This document shows positions 56,872-64,000 of a DNA stretch of 64,000 nucleotides, in pieces; the first letter of the stretch is position 1, and each line of letters starts with the position of its first letter. Position numbers and translations under genes: made by a program. The DNA is taken from positions 29,724 to 93,723 of the IMG/VR virus record IMGVR_UViG_3300030061_004132. The stretch is one strand, 5' to 3'. This DNA is from a virus (lineage: Duplodnaviria; Caudoviricetes). Under the pieces are notes generated by a model. It was not told the origin of the DNA, ran no database searches, and was given only the letters and a program-made list of their open reading frames with translations.

Positions 56872-57199
56872 CTATGGTTTCCTCGGGCATGTCGTATGGG
56901 TCTACTGCTCCAAATTCTTGAGCAGTTTCGTTAGACTTAGTGCTTACATAGCCTAAAAGTATACCCATGCCATCCTCTAATAGGTAATCCACACCAGCCA
57001 GAATATCTCTAGCCTCCCTCATATACTCTATGCTAGACAGGGCCGCTCCCTTGGTCAATGAACTCGCTGCTTGGTTCAAAAGCTCGTTTGCTTGAGATAA
57101 GTCTGGCCTGCTTTTAGCCCCGATGAGACGGGCAACTTCCTCCAGAACTTCATTGAAATCCACAGAGTATGTAATCTTAACTCGTTTTGGTGTCGTCAT
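56858..57199 (-). CDS. hypothetical protein
   Basis: ORF track. Confidence 0.6.
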   Translation of the reverse strand: MTTPKRVKITYSVDFNEVLEEVARLIGAKSRPDLSQANELLNQAASSLTKGAALSSIEYMREARDILAGVDYLLEDGMGILLGYVSTKSNETAQEFGAVDPYDMPEETIDEEG

Positions 57200-57203
57200 A
57201 TTT

Positions 57204-58769
57204 TCACTCAGTTTCCACTATGGCGAAATTAGTCGTTAATAGGGTTGATGCAGCGGACGCTGCGTTTTGTAAGGCACACCTTGTGACCTTAACAGGGTCT
57301 ATTACACCAGCTTCAAACATATTAACAACTTCATCTTGCACAAAATCATAACCCGTCTCGGGACCTTCGTCAACAATCCTCGACGTAATTATGTCTGGTG
57401 ACAGCCCGGCGTTTTGGCACATCTTCCTAAGGGGCTCGTACACTGATGACATAATAACATCAACACCGACCTGTTGTTCAGGGTTATCTACAGTAATTTC
57501 CAAGTCTTTAGATGCCCTTATGAGCGCTATTCCACCGCCGGGAACCATTCCCTCCATCCTGGCCGACTTAACCGCCTCTAGTGCATCTTCTACTCGGTGT
57601 TTCTTCTCAATCATTTCAACCTCAGTTGCAGCACCGACTTTAATGATTGCTACCCCGCTGGCCAGTCGCGTCACCCTTTCCTGGACCAACTCCGCCTCGC
57701 GGATAGAATCTGTTTGGCCCAATACAGCTTTAAGGGTCTCGATTCTATTATCGATCTCCTCCAGATCGCCCTTGCCTCCAACAATAATTGTTTCATTCTT
57801 TTTGATGAAAATTCTTTGAGCAAGCCCCAGGTGTTCGAGTTTGGCATTCTTTAATTTGATAGAACTGTCAATATACTTTGCGTTTGTGGCAACACAAAGA
57901 TCCATCAAAATGTTTTTCCTCTCCTCACCATACTTGGGTGCTTTAACAGCAACGACCTTCATGGAGCCGCGCATTGAATTCATAATCAGTGCCGCTAGTG
58001 CCTGCCCCTCGATCTCAGGCGAGATAATAACGAGGGCCCTGGCTTCTCTGGCTACCACCTCTAGGATTGGCAGCAAGTCCTGTAGGTTGTCAACCTTCTC
58101 CTCAGTGACCAAAATTAAAGGATCGTCATATTTAACTGATGCCGATCTCTCGTCAGTTATGAATGCTGTCGCCGCGTAACCAGAATCAAACCTAAAACCC
58201 TCAACCAAATCAAGGGTAGTATCAATAGACTTGGCCTCTTCCACCGTTACTGAGCCATCTTTCCCGGCACAGCTAATTGCCTTAGCAACTAAAGCGCCTA
58301 TGTGTACGTCGTTGTTAGAAGAGATGGTGGCAATGTGACGTATGTCGTCCTCAGTTCTGATTGGAGTAGACATCTCGGCCAAACGATCAACCAACCCTGC
58401 CACAGCCTTATCTATCCCCCTCTTTAGCTCTATGGGGGATACTCCCGATAGAACATACTTTTGTGATTGTTCTAAAATAGCCCTTGCAAGCACAGTTGCG
58501 GTAGTAGTTCCGTCACCCGCCAAAGAGTTGGTTTCTTCGGATGCCTGTTTGAGAATTTGTACCGCTGCGTTTTCGAAAGGATCTTCCAATTCAATAAATT
58601 TTGCAACCGTAACTCCATCTTTAGTTATGATCGGATTTTTATTTTTTGCAGCCAAGATAACATTTCTGCCCCTCGGACCTAGTGTAGATGCGACATTGTC
58701 AGTCAGCTTTTTGACACCACTTAAAATTTTGCTTGTTAAAATATTACCGTCACTGTAAATCTTGCTCAT
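57204..58769 (-). CDS. groEL: chaperonin GroEL
   Basis: TLGPRGRNV, ITKDGVTVA, AGDGTTTATVLA, GVIDPVKV; start MSKIY at 58769; no GGM tail. Confidence 0.95.
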   Translation of the reverse strand: MSKIYSDGNILTSKILSGVKKLTDNVASTLGPRGRNVILAAKNKNPIITKDGVTVAKFIELEDPFENAAVQILKQASEETNSLAGDGTTTATVLARAILEQSQKYVLSGVSPIELKRGIDKAVAGLVDRLAEMSTPIRTEDDIRHIATISSNNDVHIGALVAKAISCAGKDGSVTVEEAKSIDTTLDLVEGFRFDSGYAATAFITDERSASVKYDDPLILVTEEKVDNLQDLLPILEVVAREARALVIISPEIEGQALAALIMNSMRGSMKVVAVKAPKYGEERKNILMDLCVATNAKYIDSSIKLKNAKLEHLGLAQRIFIKKNETIIVGGKGDLEEIDNRIETLKAVLGQTDSIREAELVQERVTRLASGVAIIKVGAATEVEMIEKKHRVEDALEAVKSARMEGMVPGGGIALIRASKDLEITVDNPEQQVGVDVIMSSVYEPLRKMCQNAGLSPDIITSRIVDEGPETGYDFVQDEVVNMFEAGVIDPVKVTRCALQNAASAASTLLTTNFAIVETE

Positions 58770-59344
58770 GATACCTCCATATTTTCTGTATGATTTGGCA
58801 AGGTCAAAACACCCACAGAGAACCCGCGCAAGCCAGCATCTCCTTCCCACGCGCCTTCGTTCATTCTGTAACCCTTCTTTATGCTGCTTTGTATAATTTT
58901 AACTCCCAAGTCGGGGGAGTTCTCCGTAGGACAATACGCTAAATAAGTGTGCCCATACGAGCCATTCACCACCTCATCGTCCTCCATCGTTTCCTTGTCA
59001 TTCAACTCAAGTTTGCGCCATCGCTGTATGACATGCCATCTACCAGGAGTTAGCGGTGGGGCCTCGTCCTCAACAATGGCACAATAAGATATGTCTCCAC
59101 CCAATTTTTCTCGGATTGCTTCCAAGGCACTCCAGGGTTTATCGCGATCATAAACATTTGCTCGCTTCCACCAATCAAGGTCTTGACCAGCGTAGCGTGA
59201 CACTGAGCTTTCGCGAACGTCATCCGCTATACTAAGACACCACATTGCACAAAGCGTGCAACATGGCAAGTTTTCTTTAGTGGCGATATGGTTTAATGCG
59301 CCACCTTTGTTCAGGGCAGTCCAACCCTTTATATCTATGTTCAT
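58766..59344 (-). CDS. putative Cys/His peptidase (NlpC/CHAP-like)
   Basis: PCCT...IQRW...GHTYL. Confidence 0.5.
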   Translation of the reverse strand: MNIDIKGWTALNKGGALNHIATKENLPCCTLCAMWCLSIADDVRESSVSRYAGQDLDWWKRANVYDRDKPWSALEAIREKLGGDISYCAIVEDEAPPLTPGRWHVIQRWRKLELNDKETMEDDEVVNGSYGHTYLAYCPTENSPDLGVKIIQSSIKKGYRMNEGAWEGDAGLRGFSVGVLTLPNHTENMEVS

Positions 59345-59355
59345 CTTATAAACTC

Positions 59356-59967
59356 CTAAAAAACTTCATCTGCTATACCTAGCTCAACCGCTTCTTCAGC
59401 AGTTAAATACACGTTAACCTTCTTCTTTAAAAGCCTGTTTAAATATGTCTTAGACATATTGGTTTCTTGAACCAAGGCATTTAAGTATTGGTCCTGTATC
59501 TTTTTAAATTCGGTCACTTCGTTCAGCATCTGGTGCATCGGCCCGACATGGCCGCCAATGACTGAGTGTATCATAACTCTACAGTTTTTACCAATCCGGC
59601 GTTTGCCTTTAGTACCGGCGGCCAGCAGCAAAACTCCAGCGGACATAACCTTTCCAACGCCTGTGACCTTAATATCACACTCGTCTTTTACTAATCTCAT
59701 TACATCATATATAGCAAACATGTCATCTGCGTTACCGCCCGGTGTCGATATGAACATTTCTATTTCACACTCTTGTTCTTTATCGGCCTCATCATCGGCA
59801 ATGTCTCCGACCACGGTCTTGATTGTTTCCTTTAGGGTGGTCATTGCAAAAATTACTTCATTGCTCGTCTCTTCGGTTATCTCGCCAACTAGACCTATTG
59901 TGTTGAACGCGCTCAGCACAACTGGCTTTGACCCTTTCTCTGAGTCACTTTCTTCTGGGATTGTCAC
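59356..59967 (-). CDS. clpP: ClpP-like protease
   Basis: ISTPGG, AIYD, GKVMSAG, MIHS, YLTAEEAVELGIAD. Confidence 0.9.
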   Translation of the reverse strand: MTIPEESDSEKGSKPVVLSAFNTIGLVGEITEETSNEVIFAMTTLKETIKTVVGDIADDEADKEQECEIEMFISTPGGNADDMFAIYDVMRLVKDECDIKVTGVGKVMSAGVLLLAAGTKGKRRIGKNCRVMIHSVIGGHVGPMHQMLNEVTEFKKIQDQYLNALVQETNMSKTYLNRLLKKKVNVYLTAEEAVELGIADEVF

Positions 59968-60253
59968 GCTTTCTCCTTTTGTTTATCACTTTCTCTTTGC
60001 CATTATTAACACCAATTTCTGTTATTTGATATGGAAAAGTCTGTGCCCACGTGAGCCAATCACCGGGACTTTCAAACTTTTTATCAAAAATTAAGACGTA
60101 TTGGTTGTTCTTAGAATCGAACCCCTCTCCAGAATTGTTCCATCCATTTATCTGGTTGAAGATTTTGTTTCTCATCCGCTTACCAGAAATATTAGATATT
60201 TGCAATCTGTAACAAGGATTATTTTTACTTACTTTCCAAGCATATGCTATCAC
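59945..60253 (-). CDS. hypothetical protein
   Basis: GTG start after TTGACA-N17-TATACT and SD. Confidence 0.55.
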   Translation of the reverse strand: MIAYAWKVSKNNPCYRLQISNISGKRMRNKIFNQINGWNNSGEGFDSKNNQYVLIFDKKFESPGDWLTWAQTFPYQITEIGVNNGKEKVINKRRKRDNPRRK

Positions 60254-60312
60254 TTCTTCCCCCTCTGCCAAAGTATAACCCCCCTCAATAATTTTGTCAA
60301 GCCACAAATAAT

Positions 60313-60354
60313 AAAAGCCGTGGATCCAATTTAAATAGGCAAATCCACGGCTTT
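60313..60354. terminator. intrinsic terminator-like hairpin
   Basis: AAAGCCGTGGAT...ATCCACGGCTTT inverted repeat after gene 60377-61060. Confidence 0.7.
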
Positions 60355-60376
60355 AGTTACAAAAATGTATAAATTT

Positions 60377-61060
60377 TTATTTGTCAGACAGCAATTTTTT
60401 CTTAAGACGATTCTTGACTCTCTTGTAAACTTCGTTCATAACTTCTTCTTCATCAATGAAGTCAATCTCGTCAAGCGGCTCTTCTTCGCCCATGTCGCCC
60501 ATGTCGCCCAAGTCAGCCAAATCAGCAGCCATGTCCTCATCTCCAGCAGTGTCAGCCATCATGTCTGCGTCCATGCCACCCATATCGCCAAAGTCAACTT
60601 CAACGCCAGCTAAATCAGCCAAAGTGGCTATCGCGCTAGCAAATTTAGTCTCTTTCTCGGAGGTTCCACCTTCAGGGGCGGGCTCTTCGAGGTCCAAAGC
60701 GGCATCTTCGGGGCCTTCGTCCTCGGGTGCTTCCTCGTGCTCACCCTCAAGAACTTCTTTGTCAGCATCATCTTCGTACATGCCGTGGCCCTCTTCCATA
60801 TCATCTTCATGCATTCCACCATGAGCCTCTCCCATTTCATGCCCCATTTCGGCCATGCCAGGTTTCATCATGCCATGACCCTCTTCCATGTCATCTTCGT
60901 CTTCCTGCATGCCATAGCCTTCTTCCACGCTATGTTCGTCCTCATCCATGTAGGTGCCATATTTTTCAGTCAAAAAATTGCTGGTGAGGGGGCCGCCAAG
61001 AGATGCTAACTTCATCATCTGACGGACTTGTGTTTCATTTAAGAGTGCCTTCTTGCTCAT
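60377..61060 (-). CDS. very acidic protein (prohead scaffold/core-like)
   Basis: LLNETQVRQMMKLA; repeated EEGHGM; late motif at 61104-61111. Confidence 0.65.
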   Translation of the reverse strand: MSKKALLNETQVRQMMKLASLGGPLTSNFLTEKYGTYMDEDEHSVEEGYGMQEDEDDMEEGHGMMKPGMAEMGHEMGEAHGGMHEDDMEEGHGMYEDDADKEVLEGEHEEAPEDEGPEDAALDLEEPAPEGGTSEKETKFASAIATLADLAGVEVDFGDMGGMDADMMADTAGDEDMAADLADLGDMGDMGEEEPLDEIDFIDEEEVMNEVYKRVKNRLKKKLLSDK

Positions 61061-61138
61061 ATCTATATATCTCCTAACAGTGTTAAAGCTGTTTTAACAA
61101 TAATAAATAGTAACTTAACCATCTAAAGGTATTTTTAT

Positions 61139-61465
61139 TTATAAATCTGGCCTGTGTTTCTCTAGTATATCAAAGATATTTTCAATCGTATCCTCGTCTA
61201 GTGCAAACTTCTTTTGAGTTTCTCTGCCTTCGTCCATAGTTTTCTTGGAAATTTCTACTTTTGATTTGCTTTGTTTACCGTTTTCCAGCCTCCACTCATT
61301 TAAGTAATCCATAACACGGGTGTCGCCGTTTATATAAGCCGTCACCAAGGCACGGAAAAAGTCGTTTTGGGACATGTCATCGTTTTGCAGTCTTATTTTT
61401 AAATCTGCATGTCTTTTATCGGTATCATAAAAGACAACTTTTTTTGTGTTGTTCCCGTAACCCAT
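61139..61465 (-). CDS. ribbon-helix-helix-like protein
   Basis: KVVFY...HADLKIRL...SQNDFFR. Confidence 0.55.
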   Translation of the reverse strand: MGYGNNTKKVVFYDTDKRHADLKIRLQNDDMSQNDFFRALVTAYINGDTRVMDYLNEWRLENGKQSKSKVEISKKTMDEGRETQKKFALDEDTIENIFDILEKHRPDL

Positions 61466-61467
61466 AC

Positions 61468-62487
61468 TTATCTTCCCATTATGTGTGTCGAACTTTCCGC
61501 CTGTCCGCTAGTAGTTTGTCGCAGAAATACCGCCCTATTTTGTAACTCTTGTATACATCGGGAGCCAGAATAAGACAGGCCACTCCTGATGCCAACATGT
61601 AACTCTCTGATAACATCTTTTACATCTCCTTTAAAGGGAACGGTTGTTGTGACACCTTCGATTGAAGAAACTTTACCTCGCCAATCTCTCTGTGCCCCTT
61701 TGCTCGCCATCCCTCTATACATCTTCCTTTTCCTACCTTGACTATCAGTTATCACATCTCCTGGGGTCTGTTCGGTGCCAGATATAAGGCTGCCAACCAT
61801 AACCATATCGGCCCCTGCCGCCAGGGCCTTAACTATATCCCCGCTGTTCTTCATCCCGCCATCGGCAATGATTAAAGATTTCCTATCAGTGCGCGACACA
61901 TCCATAATAGTTTGTATCGTGGGAACCCCGTGACCCGTTTGAATACGTGTCGAACATATCGAGCCACCCCCGATTCCGCATCGGATAGAGTCAGCTCCCC
62001 AGTCTGATAGATCGTTAAAGGCCTCAAGCGTGGCAATGTTGCCAGCCATGATGTGTACTTTGTCTACTCTGTCCTTTATAGTTTTTATAGCTCTTTCCAC
62101 CATAATGTGGTGTCCGTGAGCAACGTCGATGCATATAACTTCTACTCCATACGAAGCAAGTTTCACCGCTCTGTCTAAGTAGTCCCCAGTGGCCCCAACG
62201 GCAGCGGCAATCGGAGAATTATTCATGTTTGCTGCCAAGGCTACGCGAGCTATTTCACACTGTTCATTAATTGTATTGTATCTATGAATAATTGGCAACA
62301 AACCCATGTTTGCAAACGTGGATGTCATATCCTCGCCGCAAATCGTATCCATAGGCGCGGACACAATAGGAGAAGACAAGCGGCCCGCGAACCCTAAGTC
62401 AACAGATATGTCCACCTCTTTCCTGCTTTCGATATCACTATACTGTGGTTCTAGTAGTAAATCATCACTGCTTAGAGTTTTTCTCAT
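61468..62487 (-). CDS. guaB: IMP dehydrogenase/GMP reductase family (no CBS domain)
   Basis: SAPMDT, IDVAHGH, GIGGGSICSTR, IADGG, YRGMAS. Confidence 0.88.
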   Translation of the reverse strand: MRKTLSSDDLLLEPQYSDIESRKEVDISVDLGFAGRLSSPIVSAPMDTICGEDMTSTFANMGLLPIIHRYNTINEQCEIARVALAANMNNSPIAAAVGATGDYLDRAVKLASYGVEVICIDVAHGHHIMVERAIKTIKDRVDKVHIMAGNIATLEAFNDLSDWGADSIRCGIGGGSICSTRIQTGHGVPTIQTIMDVSRTDRKSLIIADGGMKNSGDIVKALAAGADMVMVGSLISGTEQTPGDVITDSQGRKRKMYRGMASKGAQRDWRGKVSSIEGVTTTVPFKGDVKDVIRELHVGIRSGLSYSGSRCIQELQNRAVFLRQTTSGQAESSTHIMGR

Positions 62488-62746
62488 TTAGGGCCTCCTG
62501 TACTTCCTCTATGAACTTCAAACTTTTTTCCCAACATTGCGGGCAATATAAGTTAACACGGTTTTCCTTTTCGCGCACCACAACATTCCATGACATGACT
62601 TGTTCCCTATCCCTTTTATCAAAGTCTTTTTCGCATACCAGACAATGGTCTGGCATCTTACCAAACAAACCAATCTTCTCCTCCAACTCCTGATTCCCCT
62701 GGCTCTTGGCCTGTTTGGCGGCCTCTCGCCTTTGTTTCCTGTTCAT
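62465..62746 (-). CDS. zinc-ribbon protein
   Basis: CLVC...LYCPQC. Confidence 0.65.
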   Translation of the reverse strand: MNRKQRREAAKQAKSQGNQELEEKIGLFGKMPDHCLVCEKDFDKRDREQVMSWNVVVREKENRVNLYCPQCWEKSLKFIEEVQEALNEKNSKQ

Positions 62747-63009
62747 TGTTCCCTCCAGGGGATCACTTTAATAAAAATAGGCGTGCCTTCGCCCATATAA
62801 GCACTTACAACATTAAACTCCATCCATTCAATGGCCTCCTCATGAGACATTCCTTGGCTCATGAATATTTCCACACATTTATCATAGTCATATACAAGCA
62901 AGGGTTCTCTTGGGAACTGTTGCCCGTATCCTATAATAGCGTCGTCTAAACCATCTGCCGCAAGAGCACCGGGGTTTAACAAGCTCACTTCTTCTCTAGC
63001 TGGGTTCAT
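62743..63009 (-). CDS. conserved phage hypothetical protein
   Basis: ADGLDDAIIG...EEAIEWMEFNV..AYMGEGTP. Confidence 0.75.
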   Translation of the reverse strand: MNPAREEVSLLNPGALAADGLDDAIIGYGQQFPREPLLVYDYDKCVEIFMSQGMSHEEAIEWMEFNVVSAYMGEGTPIFIKVIPWREQ

Positions 63010-63595
63010 TACTGCTCCTAGTTATTTCTTTCAAGACCATCTCTTTAAAAGCACTTAAACCGTCTGTCAAGTTTTCTGTCCAATCTTTATCCGCAGTGCT
63101 GTCTGCATTATCACTTATATATTTATAAGATATGAATGGCACACTTTGTAAATAGCAAACCTTTGCCAAGGCGTATGCCTCCATATCAAAAACATCTATA
63201 TTGCATATTTCTTGGTTAACGTCTTGAACAAAGTTGTCGCCGGTCCCGCAGACATAGTTTTTGCCTATTAAATTATTCTTTACATGAGAAAAATCTAACA
63301 TGGTTGGTATATGGTTTTCGAAGGCAGTTTGGCCTCTCTCGAAACCCAAAGGAGTTGCATCCATGTCCCTTTGTAAGAACTTTGTGCAGTCAACCAACTC
63401 ACCAATTTTTAAGTCTCTACTTCCAGCAGTGCCGTAATTTATTACATACCTTGGTGTATGAGAAAACAGATATTTGACCAAAGCAAGGGTCGCGTTTACT
63501 TTGCCCACACCCGTATAAAGAGTATTCCAGTCCTTCAACTTGCCCTGGGTTTCCGCCTCAAGGGCACAGACTATTAATGTATTTTCTTTATTCAT
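62996..63595 (-). CDS. mtnN: 5'-methylthioadenosine/SAH nucleosidase
   Basis: TGVGKVNA, NYGTAG, DMEAYA, ISDNAD. Confidence 0.88.
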   Translation of the reverse strand: MNKENTLIVCALEAETQGKLKDWNTLYTGVGKVNATLALVKYLFSHTPRYVINYGTAGSRDLKIGELVDCTKFLQRDMDATPLGFERGQTAFENHIPTMLDFSHVKNNLIGKNYVCGTGDNFVQDVNQEICNIDVFDMEAYALAKVCYLQSVPFISYKYISDNADSTADKDWTENLTDGLSAFKEMVLKEITRSSNEPS

Positions 63596-63717
63596 GCTAT
63601 ACCCCAACCAGGCCAATAAAAAGTAAGACCAAAAAGAATAGAACTAGCGCAATCGCTATGGCTATATTTGTTATGGCTTTCGCTACATAAAGAGCAAGAA
63701 TTTTTTGTTTAATTTTT

Positions 63718-64000
63718 TTATTCATACTTTACTAAACTCTTTGCTTCGACGTCAAAACTTCTTGGCACATAAAGGAGGTCTATCAGGACCAAATTATCAA
63801 CTACGTCGTACCCTGCGAGCCCGCAGAGACGATTCACGGCCCCCAAAGTCCCACCAGTTGCCAACACATCGTCAACTATTATTACCTTGCCCTCGCCGGG
63901 GTGGATGCTCAACTCGTCCTCGCTGTACTCAGTTTTATACGAGTAAGTTATGGTGGGCGGTGGCAGTTTGCCCGATTTCCTGCATAACACAACCCCTCCC
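63718..64000 (-). CDS. apt: adenine phosphoribosyltransferase (5' part off the right edge)
   Basis: RKSGKLP, EY, IVDDVLATGGT PRPP motif. Confidence 0.88.
   Translation of the reverse strand, partial: GGVVLCRKSGKLPPPTITYSYKTEYSEDELSIHPGEGKVIIVDDVLATGGTLGAVNRLCGLAGYDVVDNLVLIDLLYVPRSFDVEAKSLVKYE

Noticed and set aside
1-64000. Genome-wide stop-codon reassignment
   Set aside because: TAA, TAG and TGA all end well-formed genes (e.g. GroEL ends TGA, fpr ends TAG), and coding density is high under code 11.
57204-64000. Cellular chromosome origin suggested by groEL/clpP/guaB/apt
   Set aside because: The genes are divergent, interleaved with phage-type hypotheticals and late motifs, and lack usual operon partners (groES, clpX, guaA).

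Overview
This window looks like a 64 kb segment of a large tailed (jumbo/T4-like) bacteriophage genome, not a cellular chromosome. A Myxococcota/deltaproteobacteria-like host is inferred from gene content only. It has three zones. (1) 1-29.6 kb: AT-rich late-type genes driven by a CTANTTA promoter motif. This zone holds PhoH, fpr, a tmRNA, a Flp pilin, virion-like proteins and many cargo proteins that share an N-terminal MKLLxENWxxYLNE tag resembling a capsid-targeting/prohead-protease signal. (2) 30.2-46.6 kb: a more GC-rich, all minus-strand early module of about 33 sigma70-type promoter cassettes. Most carry a shared CA-rich ACAACAGGAG leader. This zone also holds four candidate structured ncRNAs and most of the 5-tRNA cluster (45.5-47.0 kb). 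(3) 47-64 kb: middle/late metabolic and chaperone genes (GroEL, ClpP, IMPDH/GMPR, MTA/SAH nucleosidase, APRT, DEDDh exonuclease). The most notable observations are: a ~190 nt promoter-driven RNA whose GU-rich loop is antisense to the shared early-gene leader (a GcvB-like master shut-off RNA); a ~630 nt pseudoknotted RNA with complementary kissing loops; a tagged 63-aa ORF with an in-frame UGA followed by a textbook bacterial SECIS (candidate phage selenoprotein); and a promoter-driven tRNA mimic with no anticodon. All calls come from reading the sequence by eye; no searches or folding programs were run.
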